From an uncultured virus (IMG/VR IMGVR_UViG_3300027151_000003) (taxonomy: Duplodnaviria; Heunggongvirae; Uroviricota; Caudoviricetes), in IMG/VR virus record IMGVR_UViG_3300027151_000003: a stretch of DNA of 64,000 nucleotides. One strand, written 5' to 3'. The translations under genes were made by a program, and so were the position numbers. Position 1 is the stretch's first letter, and every line of letters begins with the position of its first letter. The notes below the pieces were generated by a model. It made no database searches, was not told the DNA's origin, and saw nothing but the letters and a program-made list of their open reading frames with translations. Positions 17,061-26,422 of this stretch are shown in pieces.

Positions 17061-17658
17061 AGATTATAAGTATTTTGCAGACGATTCTCTTATGGGTACG
17101 CGGCCAGAGATAAAAGAGCCTATTTTTGTAAAAAATCTTTTAGAACCTGAGGTATTTAATAACGCTGTTAGCACATTAAACTCTTATACACCAGAAATGA
17201 TGTCCTATGACAGGGCTTTTGGACGTTTTATGTTAAAAGACACTGTTGGAGCTATGCCAGACCAGTTATTAGAGCATTGTTTAGACAAAGCTAGGGAAAT
17301 CTTTGGAAGCAGCACTTTATTACCAACTTATTCTTGTTATGTAAGGTACAAAGGCGCTAGGGCTAACCTTCGTCATCACAGAGACAGCAACGCTTGCACC
17401 TACACTCTTGATTTATGCTTAACTGCTAACGCGGATTGGCCTTTAGTTGTAGAAGAACAAGAATATCTGTTAAACCCTAATGAAGCGCTTTGTTTTTATG
17501 GGGAAGACCAGCTTCATTGGAGAACCCCATTCCCAGATAAAGAAAACACGGTAATTGATATGGTATTTTTGCACTATGTAGAGCCAGACCACTGGTGGTT
17601 TACACATGGCGCAGATTATCATCAAGTACTTTTGGCAAATAGAGAACCTGGTATGTAA
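17053..17658 (+). CDS. 2OG-Fe(II) oxygenase-like protein
   Basis: HRDSNAC...HWR...FLHY double-stranded beta-helix motifs. Confidence 0.75.
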   Translation: MPKDYKYFADDSLMGTRPEIKEPIFVKNLLEPEVFNNAVSTLNSYTPEMMSYDRAFGRFMLKDTVGAMPDQLLEHCLDKAREIFGSSTLLPTYSCYVRYKGARANLRHHRDSNACTYTLDLCLTANADWPLVVEEQEYLLNPNEALCFYGEDQLHWRTPFPDKENTVIDMVFLHYVEPDHWWFTHGADYHQVLLANREPGM

Positions 17659-18389
17659 TGCCAATTATTAAGTTTTACCCAACTGATGACGTTATTGGGG
17701 GCTTTGCGCCCGCTCCAATACCCGCGGCAACTCAAGTGCCAGAGTGGTTTAGAAAACTATCTCCGTATCAGTCAGATAATAAAAGTATTGTAAAAGGGGA
17801 CGACGGGGATAACCCACATAGTGGTTATTTTTTAAACACAACAGCAAAAAAATGCATGGCTATGATTGACACGTTTACAACTGGGTATTACTTTTTATGC
17901 CCTGTAGACATTTACTTTGATACTACAGATGAAGATAACATCCAGATAAAGTGGAAAAACACACAATATACGTTTATATTAACCCACTCTGAAGAACAAA
18001 CTGGGAACTATCCATTAGATGAGTCATTTTGTAAACAGTCTTTTAGGTGGGTACCCTATTGGATGACAACTACACCGCCTGGATACAGCACCTTGTTTAC
18101 ACAGCCCTTTCATAGATTAGATTTACCGTTTATTACTACGCCTGGAGTTATTGATACTGATGAGATGCCTTCTGCTGGCGCTTTGCCTTTTAATATTAAA
18201 AAAGGGTTTAAAGGTATAATTAAACGTGGAACACCCATTGCACAGGCCATACCTTTTAAAAGAGAATCTTGGGAACACGAAATTGTTGATAACAGGCCTC
18301 AAGAGGTTATAGATAAGTTAAACTTAATAAGTGCACAATTTACGGGTTCTTACAAAGACCATATGTGGGAAAGAAAAGCATATAAATGA
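17658..18389 (+). CDS. Conserved phage protein (DUF6065-like)
   Basis: PEWFRKL, TAKKC, TPPGYSTLFTQP, GVIDTD, GTPIAQAIPFKRESW. Confidence 0.65.
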   Translation: MPIIKFYPTDDVIGGFAPAPIPAATQVPEWFRKLSPYQSDNKSIVKGDDGDNPHSGYFLNTTAKKCMAMIDTFTTGYYFLCPVDIYFDTTDEDNIQIKWKNTQYTFILTHSEEQTGNYPLDESFCKQSFRWVPYWMTTTPPGYSTLFTQPFHRLDLPFITTPGVIDTDEMPSAGALPFNIKKGFKGIIKRGTPIAQAIPFKRESWEHEIVDNRPQEVIDKLNLISAQFTGSYKDHMWERKAYK

Positions 18390-18694
18390 AAATTTCAGAC
18401 AAATTTAAAAACAGCGAAAAAGGCAAAAATTTACCTAAACCTGTTAGACCATGGGACCTGCTAAAAACAAGCGAACCAAGAGCTACGGACGAAGTTGCTA
18501 GCGAGCGTCTTTCCATTTGTAGAGAGTGCCCAGAGTTATTAAAAGTTACAAGCCAGTGTAAAAAATGCGGTTGTTTGATGAACTTAAAGGTAAAGTTAGC
18601 AAATGCGTACTGCCCATTACACAAATGGATGCCAGCAACAGATATAGATAAGGCTGAAGATGACGCATCCGAAGATACTAGTAAGCATAGCTAA
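18386..18694 (+). CDS. Cys-rich small protein (DUF6171-like)
   Basis: RLSICRECP...QCKKCGC...CPLHKW. Confidence 0.7.
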   Translation: MKISDKFKNSEKGKNLPKPVRPWDLLKTSEPRATDEVASERLSICRECPELLKVTSQCKKCGCLMNLKVKLANAYCPLHKWMPATDIDKAEDDASEDTSKHS

Positions 18695-19673
18695 CTATAA
18701 AGACCCAGAGTTTTACAAAACCGTAGTATCTTTATGGGAAAACGCCTATTATAAAGACTCTATAGTTTTTTCTCTTGTTTCTGAAGATGACCAGGAGTTT
18801 GATTTTTCTTTTATACCTAAAGATAACTTAATTTACCGTCATTTTTCCGCAACTCAGTATTATGGCGGCCTTTGCTGGGCTAGAAATTTAGCTACTCAAG
18901 TTGATTTTGAGTACGATTACTTTGTTCAGTTTGACTCCCACACTAGAGCCAAGCCTAATTGGGATAAAAACGGGTATGAAAAGTATAAATATGTTGAAGC
19001 AGCTTTTTCTAAACAAAAGGTTTTAATTTCTTATGCTCCCCCATCTTATTTAGTGGAAAGTGCTGGAACAGACATATTTGAGTTAGAAGATAAAAATCGT
19101 TTTGGTGGGCGGGCTATACAATTTGACTTTTTTGCTCCAGGATACGCTTTTCCTGGGTACGAGTATTTAAAGGGTACTGAAATACAAAGACATTACTGGA
19201 CGACCTGTATGTACATGTTTGCTCCAAAAGCTTGGGTAGATGAGGTTGGGGTAGACGGGGTTGGGGCGTTTAACACAGAAGAGTTTAATCAATCATTAAG
19301 AACTTTTGCTAAAGATTGGGTAGTTTACGCAGTTGGGGCTAGAGACGTTTTTCATGAACATCACGCCTCTCATTTAAGAAATGAAACTAAAATGATAAGG
19401 CGTCCATGGGGCGACGCTAGAGTAGAGGCTTACTGGGAGCACGTAATTAAAGCTACCAATCATCTAGGGCGTTTAATATCTGGCCTTGAAGACGTCCCTC
19501 TAGAGGCTGTAGAACGGTTTTTTAAAGTCACTGGTCTAGATACAAAATGGATGAATATAGAAGGCAGTTATTACGACGGCGTAAAGAAGATACAAACTGA
19601 AAACGGTGAGCCGTTTGATAATTCTAGGAAAGGGATGCCTCCAGTGCCCTCTGGGGAGTTTCCAACAGTTTAA
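18660..19673 (+). CDS. Glycosyltransferase, GT60/Gnt1-like GlcNAc transferase
   Basis: ILVSIANYKDPE, GLCWAR, QFDSHTR..WD, FNTEE motifs. Confidence 0.75.
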   Translation: MTHPKILVSIANYKDPEFYKTVVSLWENAYYKDSIVFSLVSEDDQEFDFSFIPKDNLIYRHFSATQYYGGLCWARNLATQVDFEYDYFVQFDSHTRAKPNWDKNGYEKYKYVEAAFSKQKVLISYAPPSYLVESAGTDIFELEDKNRFGGRAIQFDFFAPGYAFPGYEYLKGTEIQRHYWTTCMYMFAPKAWVDEVGVDGVGAFNTEEFNQSLRTFAKDWVVYAVGARDVFHEHHASHLRNETKMIRRPWGDARVEAYWEHVIKATNHLGRLISGLEDVPLEAVERFFKVTGLDTKWMNIEGSYYDGVKKIQTENGEPFDNSRKGMPPVPSGEFPTV

Positions 19674-19674
19674 T

Positions 19675-19704
19675 CCTGACAATTAGTAAATACTCTTAGA
19701 TACT
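19675..19704 (+). promoter_or_regulatory. Putative late promoter CCTGAC-N18-GATACT
   Basis: Same architecture at 21909, 25523, 28135. Confidence 0.6.
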
Positions 19705-19759
19705 AGTATCAGCGCCCCCGATATCAGGCGTAATTACTTCTCTAGAGAAAAGGTAAACA

Positions 19760-20824
19760 ATGTCAAGCTATAACTCACCGCTTCCAGTGGGTTCACCAGA
19801 GGGCACAGGCGCTTACGCCATTGCTATCGGAGATACCCCAGCTGGAACTAACAATGTCGGTAACTCGACCGACTCAGCAGGAAACGTACGAGTAGATTTT
19901 GTGTGGGGCAGCTTCCCTATGCAGCCAAACGATGAGCGTACAGACGGCACAGCAGTTGCAGTAGTAGCATCAAACGCATCTCAAAATTACAACTGGAATG
20001 GCTACTCAAACTACCCAAGCGCACGTCTAACTCCTGCAACTAGTAACAACCACACAGTTGCAGAAGCTGAATGGAACAACTACCCACAATTTACACCAGG
20101 CGCAGGTAACTACAAGGTTACAGCAGCTTCAGGTAACGGAACAACTGTTACTTACACAGCACAGAATAAGCTTGCAGTTGGAGATACTGTAAACATTACA
20201 GGTCTTACAGCTTCAGCTTACAACCTGTCTTCAGCAACAGTTGCTACAGCCGATGCCCTTAAGTTCACAGTAACTAACGCAGCTAACGCTGGTGAAATTA
20301 CAGGCCAGTGGTACGGCAAGGTAGAGGCTACAAACGCTCTAACAGCATACGATGGCGCTGGAATCACATTCATCGTAGTACCTTCAGTAATTGGTGAGAC
20401 AACAGCCCTAGCTCTTGACGAGCTTAAGGATGCTGGTTACGAAGCAGCTAACATCACAACAGCTACAGCAGCAACTAACGCAGCTATTTCAGTAACTGCA
20501 GCAGCTCGCACAGCTGGTTCAACAACTGCAACTCTTACAGCAACTGGAGCAGGCGCAGCCTTCCCAGTTGGCACAAAGATTACAGTTGCATCTCTTGCTG
20601 ACACTGGTGCTCCACTTAACGGAACATACACAGTTACAGCTAATGCAACTAACACAGTTTCATTCGTATCTTCTGCTTCAACCGTACTTGCCCTCACAGG
20701 CTTGTCTGCTGGAACAGTCGTGGGCGTTGCTGGAACAATCAAGTCTCAGACAGTTGCAGCTGGAACAGCCTCAGTTCTTTCAACAGCTACAATCTCAATT
20801 ACACCTTACGCAACAGCTTCATAA
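19760..20824 (+). CDS. Putative virion protein with beta-rich repeats and a PASTA-like domain
   Basis: VVPSVIGETTALALDELKDAG...TIKSQTVAAGT; Thr/Ala-rich; own promoter and terminator. Confidence 0.65.
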   Translation: MSSYNSPLPVGSPEGTGAYAIAIGDTPAGTNNVGNSTDSAGNVRVDFVWGSFPMQPNDERTDGTAVAVVASNASQNYNWNGYSNYPSARLTPATSNNHTVAEAEWNNYPQFTPGAGNYKVTAASGNGTTVTYTAQNKLAVGDTVNITGLTASAYNLSSATVATADALKFTVTNAANAGEITGQWYGKVEATNALTAYDGAGITFIVVPSVIGETTALALDELKDAGYEAANITTATAATNAAISVTAAARTAGSTTATLTATGAGAAFPVGTKITVASLADTGAPLNGTYTVTANATNTVSFVSSASTVLALTGLSAGTVVGVAGTIKSQTVAAGTASVLSTATISITPYATAS

Positions 20825-20839
20825 TCTCTCAACACAAGC

Positions 20840-20871
20840 AAAAAGCCCCCAGCCATTGGCTGGGGGCTTTT
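20840..20871. terminator. Bidirectional terminator between convergent genes
   Basis: AAAAAGCCCCCAGCC-ATT-GGCTGGGGGCTTTTT. Confidence 0.9.
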
Positions 20872-20886
20872 TAGTTTAAAGGTATA

Positions 20887-21420
20887 TTAGTTTGGGAACG
20901 CCTTTAGGTGTTCCTCGTATCTTTCTCCGTTTTTCTGGCCTGGGTATACTTTCCAGGCGGACCAATCTTTTCCGCCGTTTGACATGTGATACGCAATTTT
21001 TGCGTTAGTCACAGGGTCTAGAAGGTCTTTATTAGTTTTTAGTTCAAATTTTTCACGTCTATCGTCGCCAAGACTTCCCAGCATATTAATCTGAAACATG
21101 CCGTAAGAATTGTCGCCTGTATTGACGTTTCCATTATGAGCTAAGGGGCGACCGTTAGATTCTTTTTTAGCAACCGCGTAGGCGACCTTGAGAGCTTTTC
21201 CCTCAAAACCAACCGCGCTAAGCAGGTCAACTAAGTCTGTATCTGACAGTTCTTTTGCTCCTTTGTACTTATCTAGTGGGTCCACAGCGATTTCTTGTAC
21301 TGTCACAGGTGTTACTTCCTCATCCGCATTAGCTAACGTGTGAGGTAGTGCTCCTATTAACAGTGCATACATCGAAAACACCGCCACTTTATCTATTGTT
21401 TCTTTTCTGATATTGAACAT
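20887..21420 (-). CDS. Secreted lytic transglycosylase (SLT/lysozyme-like)
   Basis: AVAKKESNG, DNSYGMFQINM, DWSAW; N-terminal hydrophobic segment. Confidence 0.85.
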   Translation of the reverse strand: MFNIRKETIDKVAVFSMYALLIGALPHTLANADEEVTPVTVQEIAVDPLDKYKGAKELSDTDLVDLLSAVGFEGKALKVAYAVAKKESNGRPLAHNGNVNTGDNSYGMFQINMLGSLGDDRREKFELKTNKDLLDPVTNAKIAYHMSNGGKDWSAWKVYPGQKNGERYEEHLKAFPN

Positions 21421-21657
21421 TTCTGCTCCTCTCAGTTGCAAAAGGCTCCATTACTGGAGCCTTTCAAGAACTAGGGTGCCACAGTAATACACGTATGCGC
21501 AAGTTAAGCCACGCTTAAAAAATATATTTTTTTTATGCTGACATATGACAAATATCATTATTTAATATAAGAGCTGGTATTTCCACATTTTATTGTGCTA
21601 CGGATAACATATACGCGTATTCTAATTTAAATTAAACTACCTTTAGGAACAGAGCAC

Positions 21658-21903
21658 ATGACACTAGCTGAGTGGGCAGGCACCCTTGCAGGATTTGCGG
21701 CTTTTGGAGCCACAATCATCGCATCAACATCATGGGTATTAAAATCGTATTTAAAGAACTTTGTACATGAACTTAAGCCCAACGGGGGCTCTTCGATGAA
21801 AGATACCGTCAACTCAATACACGCAGAGCTTACAGAGCTTCGTATATCAGTAGCCCGCCTAGAGGGCCGCTTTACCCAGCATCTTGAGGATACTTCAAAG
21901 TAA
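21658..21903 (+). CDS. Membrane protein with coiled coil
   Basis: N-terminal TM, ELKPNGGSSMKD motif. Confidence 0.7.
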   Translation: MTLAEWAGTLAGFAAFGATIIASTSWVLKSYLKNFVHELKPNGGSSMKDTVNSIHAELTELRISVARLEGRFTQHLEDTSK

Positions 21904-21908
21904 TTTAG

Positions 21909-21938
21909 CCTGACAGTACAGCCCGACTTTGGCACACT
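21909..21938 (+). promoter_or_regulatory. Putative late promoter CCTGAC-N18-CACACT
   Basis: TTTAGCCTGAC repeat. Confidence 0.6.
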
Positions 21939-21971
21939 TATCTGTAGGACTAATTGCCAAAGGAGCAAAAA

Positions 21972-22268
21972 ATGAACAAAGCGGTACTCTCATCTTACGC
22001 CCGAAACTTGCTTGGTCAAGTTATCGGAGCAATCGTTGTAGTTATGCAGGTAAAGGGTTTAGCTACCCCATTGGAATTTAGTCAGGGCGAGTGGCTACTA
22101 GTTGCTAACTCATTATGGGCATCCCTTGTCCCAGTAGCACTTCGCTACGTCAATAAAAAAGACCCAGCGTTCGGCCTTGTTGCCGCAAAGGGCGCATCAC
22201 AAATTACAAAGTTAATTGAAGCAGAACTTAATAAGTCTGCAAAAAAGTCCGCTAAGAAATCAAAGTAA
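21972..22268 (+). CDS. Holin-like membrane protein
   Basis: Two TM segments, LRYVNKKDPAFG, basic tail; AAGGAG RBS. Confidence 0.6.
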   Translation: MNKAVLSSYARNLLGQVIGAIVVVMQVKGLATPLEFSQGEWLLVANSLWASLVPVALRYVNKKDPAFGLVAAKGASQITKLIEAELNKSAKKSAKKSK

Positions 22269-22283
22269 GGTTGGTACATATAC

Positions 22284-22529
22284 ATGTCTAAAATTCAATG
22301 CGACAACTGTGAGTTCTCAGCAGACTACACTTGCCAAGATTACGGCACTAACCCAGTTAACTATTGCACTAGCTGCTTACCTACATGGTTAGTAGACCGT
22401 GCTGAGGCTGGTCACTTCCCTTTGATGGAACAACTTCCAAAAGAAGAAAAAGCATCTAAGAAGAAGGCTGAAGCTAAAGCGGAAGAAACCAAGGCGGAAG
22501 AAGAAGCCCCTTCGGATGAAAGTAATTAG
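22284..22529 (+). CDS. Zinc-finger-like small protein
   Basis: CDNC...YCTSCLP. Confidence 0.65.
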   Translation: MSKIQCDNCEFSADYTCQDYGTNPVNYCTSCLPTWLVDRAEAGHFPLMEQLPKEEKASKKKAEAKAEETKAEEEAPSDESN

Positions 22530-22803
22530 ACGCCAAGCCATACAAGTCCACCCCGTACCTGAAAAGGTTATGGACCCGCAAGGCCCCTTCCCTAAAGAAT
22601 TATTTAGAGAAGAACGCATAGTTACTGAATACGCTTCTCAATATGATGAGGACGGCTCAGACTCTCCTCTTGGAGCGACTGTTCAAAACAACTATAAACC
22701 AGAGCGTGTTTTGCGCTGCTCACGTTGTTTTGCAAAAGTGTTAGAATCCCAAACTAAAGACCACACTTGTGAAGAGGGTTCAGATGCCGAAGAAGACAGG
22801 TAA
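22516..22803 (+). CDS. Hypothetical protein
   Basis: Overlap-coupled; CSRC...HTC. Confidence 0.65.
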   Translation: MKVIRRQAIQVHPVPEKVMDPQGPFPKELFREERIVTEYASQYDEDGSDSPLGATVQNNYKPERVLRCSRCFAKVLESQTKDHTCEEGSDAEEDR

Positions 22804-23269
22804 CTACTACAAGAACTCTTTTGACCCAGCACAAAGGTCTTTAAACATTGCTCAGGCAATGGCAGAAAAACTAGGCATACAAACGCCTATAGATAAAACA
22901 TTTTCTGTTGCAATACCTGACGAAGTGCAAAAAGGATTTAGACAGCAGTCTGCAAACACTAGTAACCCTTCTAGACCTAGAGCTCAAGCAATTGCATACG
23001 ACTTTGCTAAAAACACTTTATATGTTGTATTTAGAGACGGCACTTGGTGGGAGTATAGAAACTGCCCAGCAGTCCACTGGCAAAACCTTCAACGCGCTGA
23101 GTCTACTGGTAAATATTTAAGAACAAGCGGTTTAGACGGCTGGGGCGATATGGGACCAGCAAACTTAAACGACACTGGCGGGCCCGATGGCGGAATGTCT
23201 CCATCTTCTAAAGAAATGCTAAGTTATGCTGCTGAGATATCTAGCAGTATGCAAAGAGGTATGGAGTAA
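22784..23269 (+). CDS. KTSC-domain protein
   Basis: AIAYDFAKNTLYVVFRDGTWWEYRNCP...AESTGKY. Confidence 0.75.
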   Translation: MPKKTGNYYKNSFDPAQRSLNIAQAMAEKLGIQTPIDKTFSVAIPDEVQKGFRQQSANTSNPSRPRAQAIAYDFAKNTLYVVFRDGTWWEYRNCPAVHWQNLQRAESTGKYLRTSGLDGWGDMGPANLNDTGGPDGGMSPSSKEMLSYAAEISSSMQRGME

Positions 23270-23272
23270 ACC

Positions 23273-23563
23273 TTGAAAACATTCGGTCCACTATACGTAG
23301 GTAAACTTAAGTATTGGCATAAAAAAGCACTTCCAGTTCTTGAAGTAGGAACTACCCAAGAAACTGAAATGCCTTATAGAAAAGGCAAGTGTCTAGTTGC
23401 ACGTATACCCTTTACCCACCCTGGTTATTTCTTAGGGGTCTGGGTTAAAAACCCAAAAATTGACTGGGATGATGACGACCGCATTGACGAGGTGCTATCC
23501 TCTGCTATGAAAGGCCGAAAAGCATGGAAGCCAGAAGACGGGGCATATGATGAATTTTTTTAA
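23273..23563 (+). CDS. Hypothetical protein
   Basis: GGAG RBS, TTG start. Confidence 0.65.
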   Translation: MKTFGPLYVGKLKYWHKKALPVLEVGTTQETEMPYRKGKCLVARIPFTHPGYFLGVWVKNPKIDWDDDDRIDEVLSSAMKGRKAWKPEDGAYDEFF

Positions 23564-23792
23564 GAAAGAACCTTGGGTAAAGCCTTTTTCCGAAAAGGTG
23601 TCTAGAAGAGTTTCTAAGATAGCTACTGGTGAGTTAGAAATGTGGGCAGAACAGTCATTAATTGAGATTTCTAAGTGTTTATCTGGTTACTCAAAGAATA
23701 GAGAACAGTTTTACTTGGATGAAGCCCTACAAGGAGCTGAGGCTCTTCACGCTGTTGTTAACGAGCTGCATACAAGAATGACCCCGCGCTAG
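23547..23792 (+). CDS. Hypothetical helical protein upstream of TerL
   Basis: Overlap-coupled ORF. Confidence 0.65.
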   Translation: MMNFFKKEPWVKPFSEKVSRRVSKIATGELEMWAEQSLIEISKCLSGYSKNREQFYLDEALQGAEALHAVVNELHTRMTPR

Positions 23793-23810
23793 CGCAGCGT
23801 GTCCACTTTG

Positions 23811-23896
23811 TGCTAAAATTATCCTGCCTCTCTCTTCCTCTCCCCGTGTGATGTGGCAACGCAAATGGTCTGGGTTAACACCCAGGCCTTTTGTTT
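23811..23896 (+). ncRNA. Candidate ~70-nt small RNA with CU-rich loop
   Basis: Extended -10 TGcTAAAAT, then TGCC-(CU-rich)-GGCA stem and terminator GGTCTGGG..CCCAGGCC-TTTT. Confidence 0.4.
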
Positions 23897-23914
23897 ATGT
23901 AATAGACTTCGGTA

Positions 23915-25510
23915 ATGGAGAACTACACTGTGCTAGAAGAAGATGAAGACGAGTTCTTTCCCGATGACGAGGTAGAAGACGAAGAACTTCCGCCCGAAGA
24001 CGAGGAACTTGAGCTTGATGAGCTCTCTAAAGAATTTGTTAAAAAACTTATAGATAGATGCATTGAGTTTATGAACGCCCTAGTTGGGCATGAGCTACAC
24101 CCTTATCAGATGCCGCTTGCTCGACGCATCATTGAGTCTGTAATCATTAATGACGGCGAAGAAGTAACTGCGCTTGCCGCACGTCAGTCAGGTAAGTCAG
24201 AGACTATTGCTAACACAGTCGCTACGCTCATGGTCCTTCTACCACGCTTAGCAAAGATGTACCCAGACCTACTTGGTCAGTTTAAAGACGGTATATGGAT
24301 TGGTATGTTTGCTCCTGTTGAAGGACAGGTAGAAACGCTCTTTGGTCGTACAGTTAATAGGCTTACTAGTGAACGTGCTCAAGAAATCATGGGTGACCCT
24401 GAGATTGACGATAGCCTAGGTAAAGTCCCTGGAGTTACTAGACAGATTAAATTAAAGAACTCTGGCAGCAGCCTTATGATGATGACAGCTAACCCTCGTG
24501 CAAAGATTGAGTCTAAGTCTTTCCACCTTATTGTTATTGACGAGTGTCAAGAGGCCGACGACTTTGTTGTATCTAAATCAATCTCTCCTATGCTTGCGTA
24601 CTACTCAGGAACTATGGTTAAGACTGGTACTCCAACAACAAGTAAGAATAATTTTTACCGCTCCATCCAATTAAACAAGCGTAGGCAGACTGGAAGGTCC
24701 AGCCGACAAAATCATTTTGAGTGGGATTACCGAGATGTTTCTAAATACAACGCCAACTACGCAAAGTTCATCAAGAAAGAGATGCTCCGTATTGGAGAGG
24801 ACTCTGACGAGTTCCAAATGTCCTACAACTGTAAATGGTTGTTGGAGAGAGGGATGTTCGTTACATCCTCAATCATGGACGAACTTGGAGACACGTCCCA
24901 AGAACTTGTTCGTGCGTGGCATCGCTCACCTGTGGTTGTCGGTATTGACCCCGCACGGAAGATGGACTCAACAGTAGTAACTGTTGTTTGGGTTGACTGG
25001 GATAGACCAGATGAGTTTGGATATTTTGACCATAGAATCTTAAACTGGATGGAGTTACAGGGTGATGACTGGGAAGACCAATATTTTCAAATCGTTAATT
25101 TCTTGGGGAGTTATGACATACTTGCTGTTGGCGTTGACGCTAACGGCGTGGGTGATGCGGTTGCACAAAGACTCAAACTCCTCTTACCCCGAGCAGAAGT
25201 ACATGCCATAGGAAGTAGCCAACCAGAACAATCTAAACGTTGGAAGCATTTAAAAGCTTTAATTGACCGACGTATGGTCGGTTGGCCAGCACATGCAAAA
25301 ACACGACGCCTTCGTACTTGGAAACGCTTTTACCAACAGATGACGGACCTAGAGACAAAGTTCACTGGTCCTAATTTCCTAGCCCATGCCCCAGATGAAG
25401 CCCATGCCCACGATGACTACGCCGACAGCCTAGCAATCGCCGTATCTTTAACTATGGATTTAACAATGCCATCAGTAGAGGTGTCAACCTCCCCATTCTT
25501 CTCAAGGTAA
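23915..25510 (+). CDS. terL: Terminase large subunit
   Basis: Walker A ARQSGKS, Walker B IVIDECQ, TGT motif, nuclease GIDPA and HDDYADS. Confidence 0.95.
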   Translation: MENYTVLEEDEDEFFPDDEVEDEELPPEDEELELDELSKEFVKKLIDRCIEFMNALVGHELHPYQMPLARRIIESVIINDGEEVTALAARQSGKSETIANTVATLMVLLPRLAKMYPDLLGQFKDGIWIGMFAPVEGQVETLFGRTVNRLTSERAQEIMGDPEIDDSLGKVPGVTRQIKLKNSGSSLMMMTANPRAKIESKSFHLIVIDECQEADDFVVSKSISPMLAYYSGTMVKTGTPTTSKNNFYRSIQLNKRRQTGRSSRQNHFEWDYRDVSKYNANYAKFIKKEMLRIGEDSDEFQMSYNCKWLLERGMFVTSSIMDELGDTSQELVRAWHRSPVVVGIDPARKMDSTVVTVVWVDWDRPDEFGYFDHRILNWMELQGDDWEDQYFQIVNFLGSYDILAVGVDANGVGDAVAQRLKLLLPRAEVHAIGSSQPEQSKRWKHLKALIDRRMVGWPAHAKTRRLRTWKRFYQQMTDLETKFTGPNFLAHAPDEAHAHDDYADSLAIAVSLTMDLTMPSVEVSTSPFFSR

Positions 25511-25522
25511 TTACCACTTTAG

Positions 25523-25552
25523 CCTGACTTTACGCCCAATACGTAGGACACT
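25523..25552 (+). promoter_or_regulatory. Putative late promoter CCTGAC-N18-GACACT
   Basis: TTTAGCCTGAC repeat. Confidence 0.6.
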
Positions 25553-25592
25553 TTTATACGAGGTCCTCACCCTTTAATAAGGAGTTATAACT

Positions 25593-25991
25593 ATGACAAT
25601 CGCACCATCACCTAAGATGCCTGAACGTCCAGGAACAACTTACGACCGTAAGATGTCACCTGCAACACCAGGCCAGCGTGGCCCACTACGTTTTGAAGAA
25701 GGTCTTGCAACAGACACTGATATCCCAACGCAGTTTACAACAGGCGCTATGCAGGGATACGAACCTGCAGCAGGTCGCCCAAATCGCAATAAGCCTGTTC
25801 ACACAAAGACTGCAGAAGAAACAATGCGTGAACGCGCACATGTTGGTTCCGCAGCATGGGTAGAAGCACCAGCAAGTCTCTCTGACTTTTCAACTGGCGC
25901 ATTTGCTGACCATGGCGACAACCGTTTTGAGGAAGTTTTCCGCAACGGTGCTAACCAAAAAGCAACAAACCCAGCAGTAGTACAAGACTAA
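25593..25991 (+). CDS. Conserved head-region protein
   Basis: AAGGAG RBS; GPLRFEEGLATDTDIP, ERAHVGSAAWVEAP. Confidence 0.75.
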   Translation: MTIAPSPKMPERPGTTYDRKMSPATPGQRGPLRFEEGLATDTDIPTQFTTGAMQGYEPAAGRPNRNKPVHTKTAEETMRERAHVGSAAWVEAPASLSDFSTGAFADHGDNRFEEVFRNGANQKATNPAVVQD

Positions 25992-26062
25992 TTAGGTTTA
26001 CTACCCCCGTATTCAGTCTACAAAGCTGGCGGGGGTAGTTTTCCCATTTCAGAGGAACAGCA

Positions 26063-26371
26063 ATGGCATTTATCAGAGGTAAAGAAGTAAAAGAAACGGC
26101 AAAGCAAGAAGCTGCCAACCCTAAACTTTGGAACATGATTACTGCTCAAGCTGGAGCAAAATTTTCTAAAAACTCACCTGCTCGCGGACACTGGATTCAC
26201 GCTAAGTACAATCAAATGGGCGGTCAATACGTTAAATCTAAAAAAGACGTTGACCCGCGTTTTAGAGACTACGTACAAGAAGCTGAAAAGAAAAAAGACG
26301 AGCAGAAAAAAAAGAAGGTCACTAAGCCAGTCAATAAAAAAGTTATTAAACGCGGCCAAAGTTTCCGCTAA
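26063..26371 (+). CDS. Basic hypothetical protein
   Basis: GAGGA RBS; ANPKLW...YNQMGG. Confidence 0.7.
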   Translation: MAFIRGKEVKETAKQEAANPKLWNMITAQAGAKFSKNSPARGHWIHAKYNQMGGQYVKSKKDVDPRFRDYVQEAEKKKDEQKKKKVTKPVNKKVIKRGQSFR

Positions 26372-26422
26372 TACAATTAGCGTGGTATTCTTCTCCCAGC
26401 ATAGAAAAACAAAGGTGGATAG

